Positions 28,003 to 37,164 of a stretch of DNA of 64,000 bases are shown here, piece by piece. Under the pieces are notes generated by a model. The model worked only from the letters and a program-made list of their open reading frames with translations, ran no database searches and was not told the DNA's origin. Made by a program: the position numbers and the translations under genes. Numbering within the stretch: position 1 is the first letter of the stretch; each line of letters begins with the position of its first letter. This stretch comes from Candidatus Bathyarchaeota archaeon (lineage in GTDB: Archaea; Thermoproteota; Bathyarchaeia; Bathyarchaeales; Bathycorpusculaceae), in assembly GCA_963826715.1 (NCBI GenBank), contig CAWGYA010000008.1:192001-256000 (forward strand), read 5' to 3'.

Positions 28003-28665
28003 TTACTTCACCCAATCTGTGGTTGTAATCAAGTTGTAAGTTTTGGTTAATCCATCAAAGATTGCGCATGCATAAGAGGGCACTGTTCGAGTAGAACCAT
28101 AGCTTCGCATCCAAAGGTCTTTAACTCCGGCTAATCCCAAAATGACTTTAGCTACTTCACTGGAAACTAGACCTAGACCTCTGGGACCTGGAACGATAAC
28201 GACACGAACGCCACCACATTTGCCTTCTACTTCGAAAGGTACACTGTGAGGTTTGCCGCAGCCGCATTCCCAACTTCCGCACCCTCGTTTAACTGGGATA
28301 ATATTGAGGCGTGCATTGGCAGCTGCTTTTTCAATAGCATTTCGAACTTGACTGGCTTTACCTTGACCGAGACCAATGTAGCCGTCTCGGTTTCCGACTG
28401 CAACAATTGCTTTGAAGCGTGATTTTTCGCCTGCGTCAGTTTGCTTCTGAACCAAGTTAACATTTATGACTTCCTCTTGGAGGTCAGGAATTAAAGAGTC
28501 TACAATTTGTGATTCACTGATTTTTATGCCTGACAGGAACACATCTTCTATAGTTGCTATTTTACCTTCCTGAACCATTTTGCCCAATCGGGTTCTTGGA
28601 ACCCAAGATTCTAGACTACTTTGGCGTCTTTCGCTATCTCTACTTCTATCTCTTTGACGACTCAT
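28003..28665 (-). CDS. rps5: 30S ribosomal protein S5
   Basis: WVPRTRLG, VQKQTDAG, RGCGSWEC. Confidence 0.98.
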   Translation of the reverse strand: MSRQRDRSRDSERRQSSLESWVPRTRLGKMVQEGKIATIEDVFLSGIKISESQIVDSLIPDLQEEVINVNLVQKQTDAGEKSRFKAIVAVGNRDGYIGLGQGKASQVRNAIEKAAANARLNIIPVKRGCGSWECGCGKPHSVPFEVEGKCGGVRVVIVPGPRGLGLVSSEVAKVILGLAGVKDLWMRSYGSTRTVPSYACAIFDGLTKTYNLITTTDWVK

Positions 28666-29540
28666 GCTTTCTTTTCACCCTTCTTGGTTGCCTTAACTTT
28701 CGGCACTGCCTTCGCTTTGGCAGATGATTTTGCTTTTGCTGCAGGTTTTTCTTTCGTTACAGCTTTCTCTTTAGTGGGAGTTTTCGCCTTTGCAGGTGCC
28801 TTTTCTGCTGAAGCTACCTCTGCAGTAACTGCTTTAGGCTGTGGCTTAACTTTGGCTTTTTCTTTCTGCATTATCGGTGACTCTTTAGTTGGAGAAGCAG
28901 GCTCCTTTGTTGCTTGTATAGTCTGCGTTTCAATTTCGGCGACTATCTTTGAACCATTAAATGATTCAACGATGTCAGCTTTCACTTTGATGAAGTGCTC
29001 TGGAAGTTTTTCAGGCGAGATTTCTTTACCTGCATATTTTGAGAATTTCAAGGATTTCTCTTCTGAGTTCGCGCTTAAGCTTTTCGCATATTCAGCAATG
29101 TGATCGCCCTTATTGCGTTCCTTAACGAGTTTGCCATCACCATGAGGAATCTCTATGCCTGCATCTATTACACCGTTCATAGTGGCGAAAATTTTGGCGC
29201 CTTTTGTAGGTGTGAATAAACCTATGTCAAGGATAGCACCTTGTATACCCGCTGCTTTGGCTTTTAACCCGCAGAGGAGACCGGTAAGGTAAGCTGCAGG
29301 GATGTTTCCCGTAGGTGCTTTCCAACCATATTTTTTAATGAGTTCACGGCTATTAGCCGCGGCTATCACTTGATCACCAATTTGTTTTGCCACGATGATT
29401 TGGGCAGTTACGTTTTTGTTTGATGTTCGGGTGACAAGCCGTGGCCTTCCAGACATAACAAGTGCCTTTCGTGCTTGGTAATCAGTTTTTCCTGAGCGCC
29501 TGCGTCTTAACTTTACGCGGTAATTACTACTATTTGCCAA
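28662..29540 (-). CDS. rpl18: 50S ribosomal protein L18 with long K/A/P-rich C-tail
   Basis: RRRRSGKTDY, NIPAAYLTG, AILDIG; TTG start. Confidence 0.97.
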   Translation of the reverse strand: MANSSNYRVKLRRRRSGKTDYQARKALVMSGRPRLVTRTSNKNVTAQIIVAKQIGDQVIAAANSRELIKKYGWKAPTGNIPAAYLTGLLCGLKAKAAGIQGAILDIGLFTPTKGAKIFATMNGVIDAGIEIPHGDGKLVKERNKGDHIAEYAKSLSANSEEKSLKFSKYAGKEISPEKLPEHFIKVKADIVESFNGSKIVAEIETQTIQATKEPASPTKESPIMQKEKAKVKPQPKAVTAEVASAEKAPAKAKTPTKEKAVTKEKPAAKAKSSAKAKAVPKVKATKKGEKKA

Positions 29541-29541
29541 C

Positions 29542-29997
29542 TTAACGTTTCCTCCATAGGTCATGTTCTTTCAGATTGCGTTCCAGCTCTGCGATAGAGT
29601 CAAATCTGCCGCTGCCAGCTATACGATAGTATTGGGTGTAGGTAGCTTCGGTTATAACTCGGCTAGCTTTAAGAGCCCGCAACTTCCGTCGTAATGAACG
29701 GATTTTTATCATCCAGGCATCTTTCTGGGTAACTTTGGCGTGGCTTGCACCTGTGACGCTTCCTGGACCACTTCGTCTACCTAAGCGTTTTTTGGCGCGT
29801 ATAATTTTTGCTCTTGAGCGGCTAACGCCTTTCTCAGGCAGTGAAACAATAACTTTTTCGTGAATGAGCTTTCGGACCTCTTCACGGGTTATAGCACCAT
29901 CTACATCATCAATGCGCTCGGGGTCTATCCAAACCCGGTTCTTCCCAATCTTTAGAATCTGCGCAGCTAATCGTCGTTGTCCAGTTAGGTTTGTCAT
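29542..29997 (-). CDS. rpl19e: 50S ribosomal protein L19e
   Basis: QRRLAA.ILK.G..RVWIDP, AITRE.VR. Confidence 0.98.
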   Translation of the reverse strand: MTNLTGQRRLAAQILKIGKNRVWIDPERIDDVDGAITREEVRKLIHEKVIVSLPEKGVSRSRAKIIRAKKRLGRRSGPGSVTGASHAKVTQKDAWMIKIRSLRRKLRALKASRVITEATYTQYYRIAGSGRFDSIAELERNLKEHDLWRKR

Positions 29998-30608
29998 TAC
30001 TTCTTCTCCTTACTTTTGGATTTAGGTTTCTTTTTCTTTTCTTTTTTAGGCGCCTTAGTCTCTTTCTTTTTCTCTTTCTGAGGCATCTTCTTTACTGGCT
30101 TGGATACTTTCGGGGTTTCTTTAGACTCGGCTACAGTGCCTTCTTTTGCTTGCTCAGTGGTTTCTTCAACCTCTGCTTCTTCTGCTTCAGTTTCTTCTTC
30201 TTGGGATTCAGCGGTAATTTTTATGTTCAAGATTTTTAGGTTAAGTTCTTTAGCCTTTGCGATGATTTCGGCACGTTTGCGTTTGCCCACGGTGTGAGCG
30301 ATGCGTACAGCTTGTGTTGTAGGAATAATATTGGACAACCCTGCTACGTTGTTAACTATTACTTCTCGGTAACCTGAGGGGTGCAGAAATCGGGCGCACT
30401 TAGGTCCTTTGTAGCCAACACTTGGTCCTGGAGGCCAGCCCTTAATTTTTCTGCGGATTTTGTTGTCGAGTCCGCGGGGTTTACGCCAACTTAGACTGAA
30501 GCGAGAATATTTCCAACTTTCAGCTCGGACAAAGTTAGGTTTCTTATTTTTAGCGCGTGTCCTAAGTCTTAGTTCTTTTTGTGAGGGGGAAACTTTCTTT
30601 TCTGCCAT
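29997..30608 (-). CDS. rpl32e: 50S ribosomal protein L32e with acidic/basic C-tail
   Basis: WRKPRGLDNK.R, LHPSG. Confidence 0.97.
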   Translation of the reverse strand: MAEKKVSPSQKELRLRTRAKNKKPNFVRAESWKYSRFSLSWRKPRGLDNKIRRKIKGWPPGPSVGYKGPKCARFLHPSGYREVIVNNVAGLSNIIPTTQAVRIAHTVGKRKRAEIIAKAKELNLKILNIKITAESQEEETEAEEAEVEETTEQAKEGTVAESKETPKVSKPVKKMPQKEKKKETKAPKKEKKKKPKSKSKEKK

Positions 30609-31153
30609 TATGCCATTCCTTCGTTTCTTTCATAGGTATAAATGCCATCAAGGAAAACTCGTGGATCTTTTCCTCTAACCTTTGTCGACTGCTCAATGTT
30701 GGCAGCGGTTTGGCTAACTTGTTCAAGGTTTACGCCCTCGATGATAATGTCTTCTGCTTCGATTTTGACTTTGGCATCACCTAAGATTTTGACTCTACGG
30801 GGTCTGCGTTCACCTGTGAAGTTTTCAATTAAAACGAAATTATCTTGCTGCTTTATTGAAATCGGAAAGTGGGAGAAGACAATTTTCATCTTGTAGGAGT
30901 AGCCTTTAGTAACTCCTGTTATCATGTTTCTGATGTGTGAATCTATTGTTCCGACAAGCGCAGCTTCCTTCTTACGTGGCCATTTTGCCCAAATTCGGAC
31001 GTTTTTACCTTCGCCATCTATAGATACAGTGGCAAACGAGAAGTCACGCGTGAGGTTTCCTTTAGCGCCTTTAACGCTGATTATTTTATCTTTTACAGTC
31101 AAATCTACGTCATCAGGAACTTCAATGGTTCGAGATACTTCGGGAAGCCGCAT
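30608..31153 (-). CDS. rpl6: 50S ribosomal protein L6
   Basis: SHFPI, ENFTGER, DPRVFLDGIY. Confidence 0.98.
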   Translation of the reverse strand: MRLPEVSRTIEVPDDVDLTVKDKIISVKGAKGNLTRDFSFATVSIDGEGKNVRIWAKWPRKKEAALVGTIDSHIRNMITGVTKGYSYKMKIVFSHFPISIKQQDNFVLIENFTGERRPRRVKILGDAKVKIEAEDIIIEGVNLEQVSQTAANIEQSTKVRGKDPRVFLDGIYTYERNEGMA

Positions 31154-31165
31154 ATGTTACACTCC

Positions 31166-31549
31166 TTAATATATGAAGGCTAAAAGCCTTCCTCCAAGAT
31201 TCTTTTCTTCTGCATCTTTGTGAGCGATAACACCTTTAGACGTTGAAACAACCATTATGCCAACGTCGCGTGATGGCAGGAATTTCTTTTCCCAGTCCTC
31301 ATATTTTGTGGCTTTTACAGCAAATCTGGGTTTAACGGGACCACATTTGTTTATTCTGCCAAGGAGCTGAACTTTGAATTTTCCTTGACGTCCATCGTCG
31401 ATGAATTCAAATTCGCCTATGTAGCCGTTAAGCTGCATGATGCGCAATACACGGCCCAAAAGTTTAGACGCAGGGCTAATAATGCATTCGCGTTTGTTGC
31501 GTGTTTCGTTGTTTTTGATGGTGATAAGACCATTTGTTAAAGTGTCCAT
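31166..31549 (-). CDS. rps8: 30S ribosomal protein S8
   Basis: GYIGEFEFIDDGR, GRINKCG, GGRLLA. Confidence 0.98.
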   Translation of the reverse strand: MDTLTNGLITIKNNETRNKRECIISPASKLLGRVLRIMQLNGYIGEFEFIDDGRQGKFKVQLLGRINKCGPVKPRFAVKATKYEDWEKKFLPSRDVGIMVVSTSKGVIAHKDAEEKNLGGRLLAFIY

Positions 31550-31566
31550 TTTCTTTCTTTTAGCTC

Positions 31567-31731
31567 CTACTCATATTTTTTGAACCCTAATTTTGGTGCA
31601 GCTTCTCTAAAACAGTGCCTACATAGATATAAATTGTAACGTCGGATAACTGGACCAAACGAACCACATCTTACACATGGTCGTGAACCTTTGCCGTATT
31701 TTCGAACTTTTTTTACTTGCTGTTTTCCCAT
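31567..31731 (-). CDS. rps14: 30S ribosomal protein S14 (zinc type, 54 aa; not in ORF track)
   Basis: Manual translation [54 protein letters not shown]. Confidence 0.97.
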   Translation of the reverse strand: MGKQQVKKVRKYGKGSRPCVRCGSFGPVIRRYNLYLCRHCFREAAPKLGFKKYE

Positions 31732-31747
31732 AAATTCACACTCTGTT

Positions 31748-32290
31748 TTAGACGATTTCTACTCCTAACGTTTGTTTTATGAAGAGAATCGATTCTTCGG
31801 GTGTTAGCACATGTTTCGGCCCCAAGGATTTGCTCTGGCGTTTACGAATTTTAATGCGCTGGCCAGGTCGATTAACAGTTACGCAGATATCCATGCCGAA
31901 TATGCCTATTTCAGGATCATATTTGACTCCTGGAATTTCGATGTGCTCTTTGAGTCCAAAGCTAAAGTTTCCGCGGATATCAAATGATCTTCTTGCTAAT
32001 TTATTGTCAACAACTGGGAAGATTTTCTTGAGGAAGTCAATTGCCTCTTGGTTACGGAGGGTTACGACGACAGCTATGGATTCTCCTTCCCGGATACCAA
32101 AGTCTCGGATTGTATTCTTAGCTTTACGTTTCACAGGTTCATGAGCCGTAATTTCCTGGAGAACTCTACTTGCTTTCTCAAGCGGTTCACCTGATTTACC
32201 TACGTTAAGGTTAACCACGACTTTCTCAATTCGGGGTTTACGCATTGGATGTTCTGCCCAAGTTTTAATCATAGCTTCTTCTTCAGACAA
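31748..32290 (-). CDS. rpl5: 50S ribosomal protein L5
   Basis: [26 protein letters not shown]. Confidence 0.98.
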   Translation of the reverse strand: MSEEEAMIKTWAEHPMRKPRIEKVVVNLNVGKSGEPLEKASRVLQEITAHEPVKRKAKNTIRDFGIREGESIAVVVTLRNQEAIDFLKKIFPVVDNKLARRSFDIRGNFSFGLKEHIEIPGVKYDPEIGIFGMDICVTVNRPGQRIKIRKRQSKSLGPKHVLTPEESILFIKQTLGVEIV

Positions 32291-33047
32291 CGTTGAATGC
32301 CTCCAAAGTGGTTATCATGGGAGTAGTTTCGCCGATGGAAAATACAAAGTCTAAAATGGTTTGGTAACGTACACCCTGAGCGTCTTCGATAACAACGAGA
32401 GCTTGGCGACGTTTTTTGGCTTCAGCTTTCTCGATTTCCACAATTTTTCCCTGTTTGCCTATGTTTTTGCCGCCTGTTATGATTGCTAAGTTGCCTTCTT
32501 TGGTTTTAAGAGTTTCAGTGACCTGTTTATCGGGGAATGTAATTTTGAGGACATCAAAGGTTTCATACGGAACGGATGTTGTGTTTTTGAGATCTGCTAC
32601 TTTAACGAGCATATTTGAGCCGTCGTGTAATCCGACCTGGACACCATATCTTAGAGTCGTTTTATCTTCCACACGGACCAGTTTTACTTCGGCTTCTTCT
32701 TTGCTGATAGGAGCCAAAACTAATCCTTTATGTGAAGGCATAATTCGGTAGTGTTTGCCCATATCAGGCAGTGAAATAACATCCATTAAGCCGACGGGAG
32801 AATCATCTTGTTTTCTGATTTTGCCGTCAACAAGAACTTTGCCTTGTGTTAATATGAGTTTACCTTCTTTGCGTGTTTGAGCAACACCCAACATATCTCG
32901 AAGAACTAAGGTCATAGGCAGGCATTCATGAAGTGAATGTGAACCTGATGAAGGCTTAACTACCCATGGTTTTTCTTTTCGATGAATCTGCCAGAATGCT
33001 GGTGCTGGCTTACGTTTCAGCCGTGCGGTTTTTCCTTTTCTTCCCAA
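32283..33047 (-). CDS. rps4e: 30S ribosomal protein S4e
   Basis: LKRKPAP..W.I.RK, PVGLMDVI, ITGGKN.G. Confidence 0.98.
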   Translation of the reverse strand: MGRKGKTARLKRKPAPAFWQIHRKEKPWVVKPSSGSHSLHECLPMTLVLRDMLGVAQTRKEGKLILTQGKVLVDGKIRKQDDSPVGLMDVISLPDMGKHYRIMPSHKGLVLAPISKEEAEVKLVRVEDKTTLRYGVQVGLHDGSNMLVKVADLKNTTSVPYETFDVLKITFPDKQVTETLKTKEGNLAIITGGKNIGKQGKIVEIEKAEAKKRRQALVVIEDAQGVRYQTILDFVFSIGETTPMITTLEAFNVV

Positions 33048-33049
33048 AT

Positions 33050-33649
33050 TTATTCTCCTCCTTCTTCAGAGGTTTGGTCTTTAGCACGCGGCTTAGCCGT
33101 GGCTTTCTTTTCCTCTGTTTCTTTCGCAGGTGCCTTTGCTGCGGATTTCTTGGCGATCTCTTTTTTTGTTGTTGGCATCGGTTCTGCTATGGGGACTTCT
33201 TTTGTTTTAACTGGAGCCTTTTCGGCTTTCTTAGAGGGTTTAATTTTTGTTTTCTCTTTCTTTTCAGGAGCAACTTTGCGTCCGAGTATTGTTTCTTTGC
33301 GGTATTTGTCCTCGAGGTTGAGATTGCGTATCTGAACTTTGGATGGATGAACTGCTAGAAAGATGTTAGTTCCGTCTACTTTTTCGCGGGTTAACCCTTC
33401 AAGGTAGATTCTGTAAGCTTTAAGGTCGATACGTGAAATTTTGCCTTCGAAGCCCTTGTTGTCTCCACGGAGAATACGCACAGTGTCGCCTTTGCGCACT
33501 GGCAGAGTTTTAGCGCCTTTTGAAGCGGCAAGTTCGTTAGATAGGGGAGCTGCCATTTGTTTGTGACGTATGTGGGCAGGGGCATTGAAAAGCCTTTTTC
33601 GTTGTTTACCAGGATTTTTTACTCTGTTAGTTTGTTGCAATATCTTCAC
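33050..33649 (-). CDS. rpl24: 50S ribosomal protein L24 with K/A/E/P-rich C-tail
   Basis: PGKQRK.LFNAP.H, PVRKGDTV.ILRG, VHPSKV. Confidence 0.97.
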   Translation of the reverse strand: MKILQQTNRVKNPGKQRKRLFNAPAHIRHKQMAAPLSNELAASKGAKTLPVRKGDTVRILRGDNKGFEGKISRIDLKAYRIYLEGLTREKVDGTNIFLAVHPSKVQIRNLNLEDKYRKETILGRKVAPEKKEKTKIKPSKKAEKAPVKTKEVPIAEPMPTTKKEIAKKSAAKAPAKETEEKKATAKPRAKDQTSEEGGE

Positions 33650-34093
33650 CTATACAATTATGCTGGAGGCACTTGCGATTCTAGGCCATCTCTCAGCAGC
33701 TTCTCTTGCGACTGGACCACGAATTTCTGATCCTTTCATTTCCCCCTCGGGGGTAATAATTACGGCCGCATTATCCTCAAATTGAACCCAAACGCCGTCA
33801 ATCCGTCGGAAAGTTTTTCTTTGACGAACAATAACAGCTTGAAAGATCTTTTTCCGCATATCAGGTGACCCTTGGCGAACAGATACCGTCACTTTATCCC
33901 CAACAGTTGCGGAGGGATACCGTCTAAGGCGACCCTTATATCCCATTGCTTGAATTAAACGCAATACACGTGCACCCGTATTATCAGTGCATTTTAGTTC
34001 AGAGCCTGAAACGAGTCCACGACTAAGTTTTTGTCCGTGAGCCATCATGCCTTTGGCAACTAAGCCTCTTCCTTTTGCTTTAGCCGCACACAT
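33650..34093 (-). CDS. rpl14: 50S ribosomal protein L14
   Basis: DNTGA, FEDNAAVI, GPVAREAAERWP. Confidence 0.98.
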   Translation of the reverse strand: MCAAKAKGRGLVAKGMMAHGQKLSRGLVSGSELKCTDNTGARVLRLIQAMGYKGRLRRYPSATVGDKVTVSVRQGSPDMRKKIFQAVIVRQRKTFRRIDGVWVQFEDNAAVIITPEGEMKGSEIRGPVAREAAERWPRIASASSIIV

Positions 34094-34094
34094 T

Positions 34095-34415
34095 TTACTT
34101 TTCCTCGCCTATTTTTTCAACAACAACAAACGACACCGTCTTGCTTAAAGGCCGGCATTCAGCGATTTTGACACGATCGCCTTCTTTCACGTCGATACAG
34201 GGCGGGTTGTGTGAAGGTATGTGACCGTGTCGTCGTTCATAACGCACAAATTTTGAGGAGAACTGCATGAATTCTCTATCAACGATAACGGTTTTGTCCA
34301 TTTTAGCTGTGTGCACGATGCCTTCCAGTACACGTCCCCGCACAGCGAGCGCTCCGTGAAATGGGCAGTTTCGGTCGTCACAGGTCTTTTTTGGTCGCTT
34401 GAAAGTCATCGACAT
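34095..34415 (-). CDS. rps17: 30S ribosomal protein S17
   Basis: CDDRNCPFHG, ECRPLSKT. Confidence 0.98.
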   Translation of the reverse strand: MSMTFKRPKKTCDDRNCPFHGALAVRGRVLEGIVHTAKMDKTVIVDREFMQFSSKFVRYERRHGHIPSHNPPCIDVKEGDRVKIAECRPLSKTVSFVVVEKIGEEK

Positions 34416-34416
34416 A

Positions 34417-34698
34417 TTACCATAACCTCTTCATGTTTTTCTTAAGTCGGTCTTCTGGTCTACCGACTAAAAGTTTACCGTCAATTTCAACAACTGTACC
34501 GTCGTTGAAGGTAAAATCGAAAGTTGCGGATTCCTTGATCACACGTCGGGTTTTAGTTTCCGCTTGAAAGAGAAAACTGTTTCTAGTTTCGCCAATCACT
34601 AGACCGCCTATACCCACACTATCTATGTTGGGTGAAGTTGCAACTTGGGCATGTGTACCAATGAATTCGTAGCGAATAATGTCAGGAGTTATTTTCAT
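34417..34698 (-). CDS. rnp1: Ribonuclease P protein component 1 (Rpp29)
   Basis: EFIG, G.VIGETRN, IDGKLLVGRPEDRLKK. Confidence 0.93.
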   Translation of the reverse strand: MKITPDIIRYEFIGTHAQVATSPNIDSVGIGGLVIGETRNSFLFQAETKTRRVIKESATFDFTFNDGTVVEIDGKLLVGRPEDRLKKNMKRLW

Positions 34699-34970
34699 TC
34701 AGAAACTTTCTCCTTGCTTTCTTTCTTTGCAGCCGCTTTCTTTGCGGGTTGAGGCGCTTTGCGGATTCCAAGCTTCTGCTCATTTTCCACGGTGAGAATT
34801 TGTGCGATTGTTCTGCGCAACTCTCGAATACGAGTTGGGTTTTCTACAGCGCCTCCTGCGTGCACCATGGTGCGTATGCGGGCGAGTTCAATTCTTAAAT
34901 CAATAAGTCTTTGAACTCGATCTTGGGGTGATAGTGCCGCGATATCTTTCATTCGCATAATAGGCGCCAT
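34695..34970 (-). CDS. rpl29: 50S ribosomal protein L29
   Basis: ENPTRIRELRRTIAQILTV. Confidence 0.96.
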   Translation of the reverse strand: MAPIMRMKDIAALSPQDRVQRLIDLRIELARIRTMVHAGGAVENPTRIRELRRTIAQILTVENEQKLGIRKAPQPAKKAAAKKESKEKVSE

Positions 34971-35762
34971 CTACTCTTTTGCCTCCTCAGGTTTTGCCTC
35001 TTCTTGAGGGGCATCAATAGCTACTTCAGGTTTAGGTTCATCTACAACTTCTTGGGCTTCCACTGACAACTCAGGTTCTTCTGAGATTGGTTCTGGGGCA
35101 GCCGAAGCTGGAGCCTCTGATGTTGGCGCAGAGGGTGCAACAGTAACAACCTCCGTCTCTTCAGGTTCCGCGTCCATAATTTGGACTTTGTCCGGGAAGT
35201 ACGCATCTGGGGGCATTATTTTAACTCGCACTCCAATCATGCCTGGTTTCAGTTGGACGTGGACTTCTGCAGTTTTCATAGCACGTAAGGCTGGTTCCCC
35301 AACAATGGGATAATGACCGGCACGGAATTTTTCGAAGCGGGCACGTTCAGTTGTGAGTTTACCGCTAATGACGATCTCACAACCCAATGCGCCTGCTTCC
35401 ATAACTTGATTTAGTGCCCAAAAGCCAGCGCGTCTAAAGTGAACACCCCGCTCTAATGCTGAGGAAACGCGGTTAGCAACGACATGAGCGTTGAATTCGG
35501 GTACTTCAATTTCTGAAACTGAAATCTGAGGGTTGGAAACTTGGAAGTTATGCTCGAGAGAAGAGGCGAGTTCTTTGATAGTTTCTCCGCCTCTACCGAT
35601 AACAATACCTGGACGCATTGCGTAAATAACTACATGTGTGCCTAGGGGTGTTTTTGACAGGTTAACTCCGCCGTATCCGGCACGCTCAAGTTTTTTCTGC
35701 AAAAACTCATCGATTTCGGTTCGTTTAATAGCTTCAGTTATAAAACGTTTGACTATGCTCAT
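34971..35762 (-). CDS. rps3: 30S ribosomal protein S3 with acidic E/P/A C-tail
   Basis: RAGYGG, RPGIVIGRGG KH motif, ALERGVHFRRA. Confidence 0.98.
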   Translation of the reverse strand: MSIVKRFITEAIKRTEIDEFLQKKLERAGYGGVNLSKTPLGTHVVIYAMRPGIVIGRGGETIKELASSLEHNFQVSNPQISVSEIEVPEFNAHVVANRVSSALERGVHFRRAGFWALNQVMEAGALGCEIVISGKLTTERARFEKFRAGHYPIVGEPALRAMKTAEVHVQLKPGMIGVRVKIMPPDAYFPDKVQIMDAEPEETEVVTVAPSAPTSEAPASAAPEPISEEPELSVEAQEVVDEPKPEVAIDAPQEEAKPEEAKE

Positions 35763-36248
35763 TTACTGTTCTCCTTGTGAGGCTTTTTCTTCAAGCACTA
35801 TTTCTACGTGTGTAGTGATGTTGTATTTAGGTGAGGCTCTACCGTGTGCTCGGGGGGTAAAACGTTTTAGTTTCATACCCGGATAGGCAGCGCTGTGCAT
35901 GATTCGCAGGCGATCCACATCTAAACCTTTGTTTTCCGCATTGGCTTGCGCGGCTTGAAGGACACGGAGCACTTGTGAGGCAGTTTTTATTGGGAACCTA
36001 CCTACGCCGCAACCTACCATCCCACCTTTATGACCAAGCTTTTTGGTATATCTTGTGTATGGTATCGGCTTTTTCATTGCCACAACATCCCGCAGATAAG
36101 TTTTTGCCTGAATGAGGTCCATCCCTTTTATGGCCTTAGCAACTTCCCGTGCGGCTTTGTGGGATACTTTAAGTTCGCGTCCACTGGCTTTCGCTGTTTT
36201 TTCTGGATTAAGCATTTCTAGTTGGATTGAGTATCCCCGTTTTGGCAT
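35763..36248 (-). CDS. rpl22: 50S ribosomal protein L22
   Basis: VSHKAAREV..AIKG, GRFP.K, PRAHGRA...TTHVEI. Confidence 0.98.
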   Translation of the reverse strand: MPKRGYSIQLEMLNPEKTAKASGRELKVSHKAAREVAKAIKGMDLIQAKTYLRDVVAMKKPIPYTRYTKKLGHKGGMVGCGVGRFPIKTASQVLRVLQAAQANAENKGLDVDRLRIMHSAAYPGMKLKRFTPRAHGRASPKYNITTHVEIVLEEKASQGEQ

Positions 36249-36559
36249 TGTTATATCTCCGATGCGCAATCAAACACGTAAAAGCGATTTATATGGCTTT
36301 CCGTATCACAACTAAGATTTTAGTCATTTTTTCCAAATTGACTAGTTAACGTCCCTACCAGAGGGATGCAATTCGTTGCAGTGAGGTGTACAGTTTTTGG
36401 ATTACGTTTAGCCTTTTATAGTTTACCTAAAAAGCGCCAGTACGGAGTAAGCGACGATCATAAATGGCACACTTTTGCAATCAAGAAACCATTTCGTTAA
36501 GGGGATAGAGCATAACTTAAAGAGCAGCAAAACCCCACCAAAGGGGCAGGTGCAAATCA

Positions 36560-36817
36560 TTGAAATATGTAAAAATCATAAGTAAAATAGCTGCGTTTTC
36601 CAGCGCAGCGGCATTTGCATTCACTGTTTTTTCAGCCATCACAACCTACTTTCTCTTAACAATAACTGTCCAAGGAGCCCCAATTGAATACATTACATTA
36701 TATATTCTATCAACGGTAATGCCCTACCTGTTTATCGGAGTGCTTTCGCTGATAATTGCAGTCATGTCTAAAGCGAAAGAAGAGCCAATCGTTGAAGAAG
36801 AAGTACAATCTAGTTAA
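36560..36817 (+). CDS. Small 2-TM hypothetical protein
   Basis: Two hydrophobic helices and an acidic tail; AGGTG SD-like sequence upstream of TTG. Confidence 0.65.
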   Translation: MKYVKIISKIAAFSSAAAFAFTVFSAITTYFLLTITVQGAPIEYITLYILSTVMPYLFIGVLSLIIAVMSKAKEEPIVEEEVQSS

Positions 36818-37164
36818 ACATGAGAATAATACCTATTTTTTTAAAGGTGAAAAGGGCACCAATACTATTCCACTGTACCGCTTTTCTTTCAGATTTAAGC
36901 CCTACCTAAACAAGCAAAAAACGTAAAGATCTACAAAACAATGGGAAACCTTGAAAACTACTTTGGGAAAAAGTCACTAAATAAAGTAAATTGATACCAC
37001 CCTTGGTCTTTACTTGCTACTCAGGTAGTTCACTTTATTTCGATAACCAGATGACAAGTTATTCCAAAGAAATGTATATAAAAAATTGAGGTTAAGCTGC
37101 GATTTGTTTATGTTTCACCGTAAAAGGATTGTTAGATAACTGTTTGTAAGGAAGTAACCTGAAA

